From: a virus
Virus record (IMG/VR): IMGVR_UViG_3300036761_001135
Coordinates: 32,001 to 96,000 of that record
Length of the DNA: 64,000 bases
Strand: one strand, 5' to 3'
Positions 9,406-18,680 of this stretch are shown one piece after another; the first letter of the stretch is position 1; the number at the start of each line of letters is the position of its first letter. The translations under genes were made by a program, and so were the position numbers. A model generated the notes under the pieces. It was not told the DNA's origin. It made no database searches and worked only from the letters and a program-made list of their open reading frames with translations.

Positions 9406-9850
9406 CGAGGCCGGGCTGACGTCGGTGCTGGCGTGGGGGTTTGCCCCGCCGGGTACGACGGCGTGGCGGGGCTGGGAAGCGTGGCGATGGGTGCCCATTC
9501 GTAACGCCAGTTGGCGCCAGGCCACGAACGGATCGTTCTTGGTAGAGATACAGGGCGTGATCGACGGGGACCACCGCGATTGGGTGTCGGAGACATTGGA
9601 AAAGTTCATGTCCGGCGTCGAGTTCGATGCGATCTGGGGCGGGCGCCTCATGGCCATTTGCGCACAGGTGGGGCGGCATCGGGACATCCTGGGACAGTGC
9701 ATCGATCATGATCCGCCGCAGTTGACGCACTACCTGTTGACCGAACCGCTCGTCGTGCGTCGCAAATTGCCGCCGTCCGATGTCCCGTTCATGTTCAGCG
9801 AAGTGGACATCGTGGTGAGCAATGTGATCCCGTCGCCGGGCGAGGGGTAG
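9383..9850 (+). CDS. hypothetical protein
   Basis: fills operon gap. Confidence 0.5.
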   Translation: MTEQNKSSEAGLTSVLAWGFAPPGTTAWRGWEAWRWVPIRNASWRQATNGSFLVEIQGVIDGDHRDWVSETLEKFMSGVEFDAIWGGRLMAICAQVGRHRDILGQCIDHDPPQLTHYLLTEPLVVRRKLPPSDVPFMFSEVDIVVSNVIPSPGEG

Positions 9851-9857
9851 GTTCGAG

Positions 9858-10250
9858 ATGGAAGACGAGCAGGCGTGGGCGCGGCATTGGGAGATCTATC
9901 CGGTGGCGGACAGTGTCGCCATTTGTCGCCAGTGTGAGGCGTCGGCGGCGAAGCGTCGGGTAGGGCGCATACAGATTCGGGCGAGGATGCGCGACGTGGC
10001 GGTGCGGGATACGGACGAGGGGGTGTACTGCGAGGACTGTTATTCCGCGTTGCCGCCGTGTCCGGTGTGCGGGGTGGCCCCCACGTCGCATGCGGAGTAT
10101 CCGTGCGCGGCGTGTGCGGTCGCGCTGGACGTATCCTGCCTGGTCGCCAGCGGGTGCCGGGTGGCGTCCTCGGTGTATCGGGGGTGGTCCCAGCGGCGCA
10201 AGCATGACGCGCCGTCCAGCCGTCACCATCGGCGGCAGGGCGGCTACTGA
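9858..10250 (+). CDS. Cys-rich zinc-finger-like protein
   Basis: four CxxC pairs. Confidence 0.5.
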   Translation: MEDEQAWARHWEIYPVADSVAICRQCEASAAKRRVGRIQIRARMRDVAVRDTDEGVYCEDCYSALPPCPVCGVAPTSHAEYPCAACAVALDVSCLVASGCRVASSVYRGWSQRRKHDAPSSRHHRRQGGY

Positions 10251-10265
10251 AAAAGAGGGTGGCGG

Positions 10266-11630
10266 ATGGCCAAGAAGAACAGCGGACAGCAACCCTTGTT
10301 GGGGTTGAGTGCGACAGGGACGCGGCTGATCTGGGGGGACTGCGTGCAGGTCATGCGGGGCCTGGAGGAGGCCAGCGTGGACGCGGTGGTCTGCGACCCG
10401 CCCTACGGACTAAAATTTATGGGGAAGGATTTCGATAAGTTAGGGGACGGGCCGGGGCAGCAGGCGTGGCACCAGGCGTGGGCGGTCGAGGCGCTGCGGG
10501 TGCTGAAGCCGGGCGGGCACCTGATCGCATTTGGTGGGACGCGGACCTATCATCGGATGGCGTGTGCGGTGGAGGACGCTGGGTTCGAGATGAGGGACAG
10601 CTTGATGTATGTGTACGGAGCTGGATTTCCTAAGAGCCTTGACGTGAGTAAGGCGTTGGACAAGATGGCCGGAGCGGAGCGCGAGGTGGTTGGACGGTCA
10701 GATCATCATGTGTCTGGCAAGGAGAACCAGCGTACCGAAGGGCTGTGCGGATCGAGCACTTTTCAGGAGACAGTGGGAATGGGGGCGTTCGTGACTGCCC
10801 CCGCCACGCCCGAGGCGCAGGCATGGGAGGGATATGGCACGGCGCTGAAACCCTCATACGAGCCCGCTATCCACGCGGTGAAGCCTGGGGCGGCGGAGGA
10901 TCGCGGGGTGGCCTACGACGCGGCGGTGCTAGCGAGGAAGCCGCTCCAGGGGACGGTGGCGCGGAACGTCCTTGCGCATGGGGTTGGGGCCTTGAACATC
11001 GACGGGTGCCGCGTGGGGACAGAGGGGGGCGGGACGCACTGTACGAATCGCGGGCCTAACGGGCAGTGTTTGGGGCACAAGAACGCGGGGCAGTCGACGA
11101 GCGGGGAGACGTTCCATGGGCCTGACACCGAGGGGGGCCGCTGGCCGCCCAATGTGCTGACGGACGGCAGTGACGCCGTGGTGGCGGGGTTCCCGGATTG
11201 TGATGGCGCATCTAGCAACGGAAGAAAAGGGAATCCGCACGTTAATTGTTACGGGGATTATGGGGCTCAAGCGCAGGTTCCAGGACGAAACGACAGCGGC
11301 AGTGCGGCCCGGTTCTTCCCGGCGTTCCCGATCACCCCAGCGGACGCCTGCTTCTACTACACGTCCAAGGCGGGCGGCGCGGATCGGGCCTACGGCAACA
11401 CGCATCCGACGGTGAAGCCGGTGGACTTGATGAGATGGCTTGTCAGACTTGTGACTCGCAAGGGCGGCCTGGTCCTGGACCCGTTCTGCGGCAGCGGGAG
11501 TACGGGGTTGGCGTGTGGGGCGGAGGGCCTGCGGTTCATCGGGATCGAGCGGGAGCGGGCGTATGCGGAGATCGCGCAGCGGCGGTTGATGCTGACTGAG
11601 ATTGAAGTGGGACCGGGAGGGTCTGAATGA
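10266..11630 (+). CDS. DNA N6-adenine/N4-cytosine methyltransferase (beta class)
   Basis: DPPY, HPTVKP, LDPFCGSGSTG, GIE. Confidence 0.93.
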   Translation: MAKKNSGQQPLLGLSATGTRLIWGDCVQVMRGLEEASVDAVVCDPPYGLKFMGKDFDKLGDGPGQQAWHQAWAVEALRVLKPGGHLIAFGGTRTYHRMACAVEDAGFEMRDSLMYVYGAGFPKSLDVSKALDKMAGAEREVVGRSDHHVSGKENQRTEGLCGSSTFQETVGMGAFVTAPATPEAQAWEGYGTALKPSYEPAIHAVKPGAAEDRGVAYDAAVLARKPLQGTVARNVLAHGVGALNIDGCRVGTEGGGTHCTNRGPNGQCLGHKNAGQSTSGETFHGPDTEGGRWPPNVLTDGSDAVVAGFPDCDGASSNGRKGNPHVNCYGDYGAQAQVPGRNDSGSAARFFPAFPITPADACFYYTSKAGGADRAYGNTHPTVKPVDLMRWLVRLVTRKGGLVLDPFCGSGSTGLACGAEGLRFIGIERERAYAEIAQRRLMLTEIEVGPGGSE

Positions 11631-12406
11631 CAGGAGGGCGGAGGATGGATAGGCAGACAACGGGGTTGATTGCGGATGGGCGGCAGCGCCCGTTCGTAGT
11701 GATTGAGGGTGCGGATGGCGCGGGGACCACGACACAGGTTAAATCCCTTGGGTGCCAGATCGCCGTGATGCGGGATTCGGATGTTCGTGCGGTGTCCACG
11801 CGGTTGCCGACCGATGGCGAGATCGGGCGGTTGCTGCGGGCGATGTTGCGGGGCGAGCGCCCGACATGGGGGTGGCAGGTGCAGACGCACCTCTTCTGCG
11901 CGGATCGCTGCCTGCATGTGGCCGATGTGGTGGACCCCGCGCTGGGGATCGGCCCCAAGGCGTGGGCGCAACCAGCGGGCGTGCTCCTGGACCGCTATGG
12001 GTACTCGACGGCGGTGTACCAGGGCCTCCAGGCGATGGCGATGGGGGGCGGTTCGTATCACGGGTGGCGCGTTGTGGATTGGGCATTGTTCCTGATGCGG
12101 CAGATGCAAATCGAGCCGGGCTGGCGGGCACCAGATCTTGCGGTGCTTCTCGATGTCGATCTGTCGGAAGCGGAACGGCGGCGAGAGGCTAGGGCGGGGA
12201 CCGTGGAGATGTTTGATGGGGAGACATTCCAAGGCGCTGTCGTCCAGGCGTACCGGGATCTGTGGGCGGAATTGCAGGAGCGGCCGGGGAGCACGCGCTA
12301 CGTAGTCGTGGACGGGAACCAGCCGGTCGAAGCTGTCACAGAGCAGATCATGCAGGCGGCGTGGCCGCTGTTCAAGGGGTGCGAGCCGTGTGCGGTGACG
12401 TTCTAA
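11627..12406 (+). CDS. tmk: thymidylate kinase
   Basis: IEGADGAGTTTQ, LFCADR, DRYGYSTAVYQG, PDLAVLLDV. Confidence 0.88.
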   Translation: MTGGRRMDRQTTGLIADGRQRPFVVIEGADGAGTTTQVKSLGCQIAVMRDSDVRAVSTRLPTDGEIGRLLRAMLRGERPTWGWQVQTHLFCADRCLHVADVVDPALGIGPKAWAQPAGVLLDRYGYSTAVYQGLQAMAMGGGSYHGWRVVDWALFLMRQMQIEPGWRAPDLAVLLDVDLSEAERRREARAGTVEMFDGETFQGAVVQAYRDLWAELQERPGSTRYVVVDGNQPVEAVTEQIMQAAWPLFKGCEPCAVTF

Positions 12407-12419
12407 CAGGAGGTTGCAA

Positions 12420-13436
12420 ATGTTGAATCGAGAGTTGATCTTGCACCATGACGATCTGGACGGGGCGGCGAGCGCGGCTATCGTGATGCACCATGCCCAC
12501 TGGCGCAGGGGCGGGGACGTGGTGGCGCGTCCGATCCGGTACGGGGAGAACGTGCAGGCGGTGTTGGATGCCATGGGGGACGAGTTTGACCGGGTGTTCC
12601 TGGTGGACTGGTCCCCACAGGGGGCGGGGGCCATCGAGGCATTGTATGAGCGACTGGGATCGCGGCTTGTGTGGATCGATCACCATGCGGCGGCGATCCA
12701 GGGCTATCGCGCCAGTGACGGGGGATTGGGCGGCCTGATCAACGGCGTGAGGATGTCCGAGGCCGACGGCCGTCCGTTGGCCGCGTGCGAGCTGGCGTGG
12801 ATCTATTGCTGGACTCCGCAGATACGTGAGACGTTGGCGTGGCCTCGGTGGCTGACCCTGATTGGCGACTGGGACACCTGGCGGCATGCCAAGATCCCGG
12901 ACAGTCCTGCGCCGGACATCAAGCGGTACTTCGACCAGTTCGGCATCGACGAGATGCGCGAGCAACTGGAGGCGCTGGTGAACAAGACGGTGCTCGTGGA
13001 CAGTCAAGTCCTCGTCTTCCAAGCAGCGGACGAGCGGGCGGTCACGCAGATGGTCGACGTGGGGCGGCTCTTCGGGCGTTACGAGCGGGCGCAGGACGCG
13101 GAGTTGATGCGGGCGCGGGCATTCGAGGCGACGTTCGACGGCATCCCGGCGATTATTGCCAATCAGGAGTTCCGGGGCAGCATGCGTTTCCAGTCGGTCT
13201 ATGACCAGAATCGGCACCGACTCATGGTCGGGTTCGCATACGACAATACGAACGTCTGGGCGGTGAGCCTGTACTCGGAGGATCCGAATATCGACTGCGG
13301 CGTGCTCTGCCATCGGCTGGGCCAGGCAGGCCCCGTGGGGAGCGGGGGCGGGCACCGGGTCACGGGTGGGTTCCAGACATCGTGGGATCATCTGCGTTCG
13401 CTGATCGTCCGGGCGGATGGCAAGCTCGTATTCTGA
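12420..13436 (+). CDS. DHH-family phosphoesterase
   Basis: HHDDLDG, VD, IDHH, GGGH. Confidence 0.88.
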   Translation: MLNRELILHHDDLDGAASAAIVMHHAHWRRGGDVVARPIRYGENVQAVLDAMGDEFDRVFLVDWSPQGAGAIEALYERLGSRLVWIDHHAAAIQGYRASDGGLGGLINGVRMSEADGRPLAACELAWIYCWTPQIRETLAWPRWLTLIGDWDTWRHAKIPDSPAPDIKRYFDQFGIDEMREQLEALVNKTVLVDSQVLVFQAADERAVTQMVDVGRLFGRYERAQDAELMRARAFEATFDGIPAIIANQEFRGSMRFQSVYDQNRHRLMVGFAYDNTNVWAVSLYSEDPNIDCGVLCHRLGQAGPVGSGGGHRVTGGFQTSWDHLRSLIVRADGKLVF

Positions 13437-13450
13437 CCCGCACCTCTCCG

Positions 13451-13480
13451 GTTGACAAACCCAAGGCGACGCGGTAAATT
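13451..13480 (+). promoter_or_regulatory. sigma70-like promoter
   Basis: TTGACA-17 bp-TAAATT. Confidence 0.7.
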
Positions 13481-13524
13481 AATAGGGATCGCGGCGGCTG
13501 ATCGTCGCGCGGACCGGAGGGCTC

Positions 13525-15879
13525 ATGGACAACGAAAAGATCGAAATCGCGGAACGGTTGCGCTTTGCGGCGGCGGCCTTGGCGAGCGTCTGCGACGGCG
13601 CGCGCAAACAGGATCAGGTCGGCTTTAGCGCGTCGGATACCTCCTATGGGCGGGCCATCGCGGCCACCCCGGCGGATCAATGGACCGAGGCGGATCTGGT
13701 CGCGGTGAGCGACATGCTGGGCCACTACCGGGGCCAGTTGGCGGCCTACGGGGTGGACTGCGATTCCCTGCCGCGCGTGATCAGGACCGTGCCGGTCGAC
13801 CGGCACGCCAACTACGAATCCTTCAAGACGCGAGCGGCGGCGGCGGAGCGAACTCGGGTTCGCGCGGCCTACGCGGCGGGGACGGCGAGTCGCATGCGGG
13901 TGCGCGAGGTGGCGGACTACCTGGCCTGGGTGGACCGGCGCACGGTCTGTTTCGTGAGTCCGAAGAACGATACGTTGATCGCGGCGATCAAGGCACTGCC
14001 TGGTCGGCGGCGTTGGAACGGCGAGGCCCGGCAATGGGAGGCGGAGCTGTCGGCGGAGAACGCGAAGTCGCTACCGGCGATTTTCGCGCGGTTCGATTTC
14101 GTCGTGAGCGATGCGGACTTGGCGACGATCCATGCATCGGCGCAGGCGAATCCGGCGGCGCATGCGGCTCCAGTGGCAGTCGGACCGGACCACGTTTCCA
14201 TCGAGGGGGATCGGATCGTGTTGCGCGTTCCCTACAACCCCGAGGCGACGACGGCGCTCAAGGACGCGCTGCCAGGGCGACGCTGGGATGCAGCGAACAA
14301 GGTCTGGACGGCGCCTGCCACGGCTGAGGCAGCCAAGGCGGTAGAGGCGTTGGCGGCGCGGTTTGGGTGGCGTCTAGGGGCCAGCGCGAAGCCTCTGTGG
14401 GCGATGCGGGTGGAAGCGGATCGCTTCCGGGCGGCGAGCAAGGCGTCGGACGCGGAGATCGACCTTCGAGGTCTGCGGTCAGACGCGGTTCCTTATCCGT
14501 ATCAGAAGGCGGGGGTGGTCTACACGACGTCCAAGCGTCGGGTGCTGATCGCGGACGAAATGGGAATCGGAAAATCATTACAGGCCCTTATGACGGCATC
14601 GCAGTTGGACGCCTGGCCTTGTCTGGTCGTGGCTCCGAAGGCGGTCTTGAGGCAATGGGCGCGGGAGGTCGGGAAGTTCCTGGAAGGGCGCACAGCGAGC
14701 ATTGTAGGGCTCAAGGGGACGGCGAAGCGGCTGGCCAAACACGGGATGGTCGCGGGCATGGGCGGGGACGTTGTGGTCATCAACTACGACATCCTGGGCA
14801 GGCATCTCGATGCGCTGCGGGCGCACGGATTCCGGTCGCTGGTCGTGGACGAAGGCCACTACATCAAGAGCCGCAAGACTGCGCGTTTTAAGGCGGTTAA
14901 GGAGCTGTCGGGGATGCCGGATCTGGCCTGCACGCTGCTGTTGACAGGCACGCCCGTATTGAACCGGCCCATCGAGTTGGTCGCCCAACTGGACGTGTTG
15001 GGTCAGCTTGATTCGTTTGGCGGGTTCATGCCGTTTTCCAAGCGCTATGCGAACGCTCACGAGACGAAATACGGCTGGGACATGACCGGATCGTCCAACC
15101 TGGACGAGCTGAACCGGCTGCTGCGGGAGCGCTGCATGATCCGGCGGGAGAAGGCGGACGTGCTGGCCGAGCTTCCCGCCCTGCGGCGGACCGTGGTCCC
15201 GGTCGAGGTCGATGATCCGCGTGCTTACGAGAGAGCCATGAACGACATTGTGGCTTGGATGGCGGCGAACCGGGGATCGCTCCCGTCCGAGGCGGCCTAT
15301 CGCGCTGAGATGCTGGTTCGGGTCGAGGGATTGCGACAGCTCGCGGCGCAGGGAAAGTACGCGAACGGGGTGGCCTGGGTACAGGAATGGCTTGAGGCGG
15401 CGGAGGGGCAGAAGCTGGTCCTATTCGCGCATCATCGGAACATCCAAGAGCGGCTGCTGGCGGACCTGTCTGAGTACGGCGCGGTGTCGATCAGCGGCGG
15501 GGACGCGGACGCAGCGCGGGACGCGGCGGTACAGCGGTTCTGGGCGGACCCGACCTGTCGCGTGATCGTGTGCAGCCTCAAGGCGGCGAGCGTCGGGCTG
15601 AATTTGCAGGCGGCGAGCAACGTGGCTTTTTTCGAGTTCGGCTGGCACGCGGGAGACATGGACCAGGCGGAAGCGCGCTGCCATCGCATCGGGGTGCAGG
15701 GGGCTGTCACGGCTTATTGGCTAGTCGGGGAGGACACGTTCGACGAGGACATGGTCGCGTTGATCGAGGACAAGAGGGCGGTAGCTCATGCGGCGGTGAG
15801 TGGAGGAGAGGTTGCTCCGCAGACAGACGTTGTGTCCTGGTTCGAGCGTTTGGCGGCGCGCAAGGGTGCCATGGATTGA
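13525..15879 (+). CDS. SNF2/HARP-like helicase
   Basis: ADEMGIGKS, DEGH, LTGTP, GLNLQ, QAEARCHRIG; two N-terminal HARP-like repeats (LPGRRRWN, LPGRRWD). Confidence 0.92.
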   Translation: MDNEKIEIAERLRFAAAALASVCDGARKQDQVGFSASDTSYGRAIAATPADQWTEADLVAVSDMLGHYRGQLAAYGVDCDSLPRVIRTVPVDRHANYESFKTRAAAAERTRVRAAYAAGTASRMRVREVADYLAWVDRRTVCFVSPKNDTLIAAIKALPGRRRWNGEARQWEAELSAENAKSLPAIFARFDFVVSDADLATIHASAQANPAAHAAPVAVGPDHVSIEGDRIVLRVPYNPEATTALKDALPGRRWDAANKVWTAPATAEAAKAVEALAARFGWRLGASAKPLWAMRVEADRFRAASKASDAEIDLRGLRSDAVPYPYQKAGVVYTTSKRRVLIADEMGIGKSLQALMTASQLDAWPCLVVAPKAVLRQWAREVGKFLEGRTASIVGLKGTAKRLAKHGMVAGMGGDVVVINYDILGRHLDALRAHGFRSLVVDEGHYIKSRKTARFKAVKELSGMPDLACTLLLTGTPVLNRPIELVAQLDVLGQLDSFGGFMPFSKRYANAHETKYGWDMTGSSNLDELNRLLRERCMIRREKADVLAELPALRRTVVPVEVDDPRAYERAMNDIVAWMAANRGSLPSEAAYRAEMLVRVEGLRQLAAQGKYANGVAWVQEWLEAAEGQKLVLFAHHRNIQERLLADLSEYGAVSISGGDADAARDAAVQRFWADPTCRVIVCSLKAASVGLNLQAASNVAFFEFGWHAGDMDQAEARCHRIGVQGAVTAYWLVGEDTFDEDMVALIEDKRAVAHAAVSGGEVAPQTDVVSWFERLAARKGAMD
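13846..13865. promoter_or_regulatory. degenerate palindrome copy (intragenic)
   Basis: GAGCGAACTCGGGTTCGCGC. Confidence 0.5.
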
Positions 15880-15929
15880 GAATGCGTTTTGTGCTCTTAT
15901 TTTTTAGTTGCTACTCTTCCTATACCTAT

Positions 15930-16016
15930 GTTGACAAACAAATTTCACGGTGATAAGCATGCGGACATCGGATCGCAGCAACGATTGCTGCTTCACGAGC
16001 GAACCTGGGTTCGCGT
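15930..16016 (+). promoter_or_regulatory. promoter, hairpin and palindrome copy 3 upstream of the RAMP-like gene
   Basis: GTTGACAAAC at 15930; GCAGCAA/TTGCTGC hairpin 15975-15991; GAGCGAACCTGGGTTCGCGT 15997-16016. Confidence 0.7.
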
Positions 16017-16027
16017 AGAGGTGTCAC

Positions 16028-16837
16028 ATGGCGAAGGAAGAAAAAGTTGGCGTTACGACTAAGTTCAAACCGTTTGTTGATATTAGATTTTTGCGAGTGC
16101 GCATCCAGGGCACGGACACGTTGATCGTGCATTCGTGGTCGGAGAAGGCGATCACGGAAATCCTTGGCAAGCAGATGAAGGTGCCCAAGGGGGCCAAGGG
16201 GGAGCGCGATCCTGAGATGGATTTCGAGGCGGGCAAGTATTACGACGTTAATGGTCGTGAGGCTTTCCCGGTGACGGCGGTCAAGAACTCGATGATCACG
16301 GCGGTCAGCTCGGTTGGGGAGATGAAGAAGACCAACATGAGGCAGGCGTTTTTTGTCTGGGGTATTGAGGACAAGGAGCGCGCTACGATCTTGTTGACGT
16401 CGGGTGAGCCTGCGGTTGGAACGATGCGGGCGGACATGGTTCGGCTTGGTGGGCCTGGGAACGCGGCGGACATCCGATTTCGGCCGGAGTATCCCGACTG
16501 GATGACTGACATCATCATCGAGTACAACGCGTTGGTTGTATCAAAAGACCAGATCGTGAATCTTTTAAACATGGCTGGCTACGGGGTGGGAATCTTCGAG
16601 TGGAGACCAGAAAAAGACGGTTACTATGGTCGTTACTTCGTGACTGAGGCAGAGGACATTACGGAACGTCCACAGTGGGTGAAGGCGACTTCATATCTGC
16701 GCAAGGGCGAGATGGATATCCAGACGATCTTGCGGGCTTTGCGGGACAAGAAGGCGGTTTCTGGGACAGAGGTTGTGAACAAGAACAAGAAGGGCAAGAA
16801 GGTCGTCGAGGAGACTGAAGACGATCTGGAGGCATAG
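16028..16837 (+). CDS. RAMP/Cas7-like RNA-binding protein (VIPR-like effector)
   Basis: N-terminal strand RVRIQGTDTLIVH, FPVTAVKNSM helix, DIRFRPEYPDW, C-terminal glycine-rich loop AGYGVGIFEWRPEKDGYYGRY; directly upstream of the pentamer array. Confidence 0.7.
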   Translation: MAKEEKVGVTTKFKPFVDIRFLRVRIQGTDTLIVHSWSEKAITEILGKQMKVPKGAKGERDPEMDFEAGKYYDVNGREAFPVTAVKNSMITAVSSVGEMKKTNMRQAFFVWGIEDKERATILLTSGEPAVGTMRADMVRLGGPGNAADIRFRPEYPDWMTDIIIEYNALVVSKDQIVNLLNMAGYGVGIFEWRPEKDGYYGRYFVTEAEDITERPQWVKATSYLRKGEMDIQTILRALRDKKAVSGTEVVNKNKKGKKVVEETEDDLEA

Positions 16838-16883
16838 CCTCTTTCAAAGGGTCGGGGTCGCCGCTTAGTAGGGAGGCGATCCA

Positions 16884-17960
16884 GTCCAGGCAAGGCAGGA
16901 GCGGGAGGCGAGGATAGGAGAGGCCGGGGAAGGCGTGGCAGGAATGGCACGGGCAGTACGGGATAGGTGCGGCCAGGATTGGCAGGGCAGGAACGGCTTG
17001 GCGCGGATCGGACTGGTTGTTTATGGATCGGAGAGGCAGGAATGGCGGTGCCTGGAGAGCCGAGGAGGGGTATGGAGGGTTGAGGAACGGCAGGAGTGGA
17101 AAGTTAAGGCGTGTGGAGGTCGGGCCGGGACTGGCGAGGCAGGAGAGGTTGGCATGGATTGTCACGGCGCGGATCGGCAGGAAAGGTCTGGCTTGGATAG
17201 TCGGGTCACGGATTGGCAGGCGAGGCGGGGACCGGCGGGGAGAGGCGCAGAGAGGCAGGATTGGATCGGTGCGGAACGGTGTGTCGTGGCATGGCAGGCA
17301 TGGCAGTGTCGGGAATGGGTTGGTAGGGAAAGGCGCGGCTGGGCAGGAATGGCCAGGACGCGACGGGAGGGGCGAGTGGTGGTGCGGAATGGCAAGGCAG
17401 GCGAGTCTGGGAGCGGTGTGGTGAGTTGTGGAATGGAGTGGACTGGAAGGCAGGATAGGTGAGGCGCGTTCTGGCCTGGGTAGGTCGGGATTGGCGAGGC
17501 AGGATAGGTTGGGTCCGAACGGGCGCGTCGTGGGGTGGGATGGCAAGGCAGGTATGGCAAGGCTAGGACTGGCGAGTTGAGGAGTGGAAGGGGGAGGCAG
17601 GCGGGGATAGGTCTGGAGGGGATAGGCGAGGTTTGGAAGGGATTGGCAGGAGAGGATAGGCAAGGCCAGGCATGTTGTGGGATGGCAGGGACTGGCAGGA
17701 TTGGCACGGAATGGTCGGGTGGCGTCTGGTGTGGTAAGGCGAGGATTGGCAGGCGTGTTGCGGCAAGGCTCGGACGGATGGACTGGGCAGGGCAGGTTGG
17801 GAGTGGGATGGATTGGATTGTTGAGGCCGGGCTGGAGAGGCCAGGTGGGACACGGTGGGAATGGGCTGGGCCAGGATTGGCTGGAATGGTGGGGTATGGA
17901 GGGCCAGGGTGGCGCTGGGCAAGGAAGCTTCTGGCGTGTCAGGAGTGGAAAGGTCTGTAG
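16884..17960 (+). repeat. array of GG(A/C/T)NN pentamers in ~22 units separated by GGCA delimiters (putative guide-RNA array)
   Basis: GGCA at 16894, 16937, 16986, 17035, 17089, 17138, 17176, 17215, 17254, 17293, 17342, 17396, 17449, 17498, 17547, 17596, 17645, 17694, 17748, 17791; degenerate GGCT at 17830, 17879; units mostly 35, 45 or 50 nt. Confidence 0.9.
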
Positions 17961-17965
17961 GGGTG

Positions 17966-18053
17966 CCGCTCGTCATGGAGCGGAAGCGTCTGTAGGAGTT
18001 CGAAACGCAGCAGGGCTGGCATCTCTAGGGGTGCCGGCCCTGTCCTGCCTTGC
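17966..18053 (+). other. structured array trailer with anti-delimiter
   Basis: hairpins 17966-17983 and 18011-18042; TCCTGCCTTGC 18043-18053 is the reverse complement of GCAAGGCAGGA 16890-16900. Confidence 0.6.
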
Positions 18054-18080
18054 GTAAAGAACTTGTGGTATACAGCATCC

Positions 18081-18536
18081 ATGAGCAACAAACCTGCAAC
18101 CCAAGAAGGTTCCATGCAGTGGGGGCTCTCGCCAGAAGGTGCCGTGTTCAGCGAAGATTTCGAGGGCTGGCTTTGGATCCCAGTGGATCGACTCATCGTG
18201 ATCGACCAGTGCCAGAATCGTGATCAGTATTCTACCTGGGCCACCCCCTCATGGCAGGGAATCTCCATCTGCGGAGTGCATCACACAGACCAAGATGAAA
18301 AAATCGACCGGTTCGTAAAAGCATGCCTCCACGGTCCCATCTTGCTACAACCAAAACGACTGTGCGCCGTCCGTAGCGTATCCTCAGAAAAACCGCCAAC
18401 CAACGTCATGGTGCTCGATCACATCTCCGTCGTGAAAATACGAAAATCCCCCTTCATCGACCGACTCTATAGCGACATGGACCTGATAGGACGACTCCTA
18501 TCCCTACACACAAACATCCCAACCCCGATCTCTTGA
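18081..18536 (+). CDS. hypothetical protein
   Basis: 151-codon ORF; A/C-rich, unlike neighbours; no clear RBS. Confidence 0.4.
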   Translation: MSNKPATQEGSMQWGLSPEGAVFSEDFEGWLWIPVDRLIVIDQCQNRDQYSTWATPSWQGISICGVHHTDQDEKIDRFVKACLHGPILLQPKRLCAVRSVSSEKPPTNVMVLDHISVVKIRKSPFIDRLYSDMDLIGRLLSLHTNIPTPIS

Positions 18537-18680
18537 CAAACTTGTCGCACAAAGCCTAATTTCAATGCACGCTCTAAGCTGTAGCGGTCCCAACCATAGA
18601 CCGCATTGATGTACAAGGCTGAAAAAGATGACCCGTGTCACGATGAATATGATATATCATATTACTGTATCGAGGGGACC

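Noticed and set aside
17600-17747. Partial decodings: unit 16 vs RuvC YLGLDLSL; unit 18 vs sheath FTTRGPV or leader TMRTLVKD
   Set aside because: At most 7 residues agree; not distinguishable from chance by eye.
16884-17960. Canonical CRISPR array, microsatellite or simple G-quadruplex tract
   Set aside because: No 25-40-bp direct repeats; variable positions are unique rather than copied; quantised units with delimiters are not explained by G4 alone, although G4 folding is possible.
17986-18008. Hammerhead ribozyme (CTGTAGGA..CGAAAC)
   Set aside because: Does not match CUGANGA and lacks the three-stem arrangement.
16633-18057. Gly/Arg/Trp-rich (+) and Pro/Ser/Leu-rich (-) ORFs across the array
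   Set aside because: By-products of the 5-nt GG periodicity; several frames are partly open, none has an RBS, and the period is 5 rather than 3.
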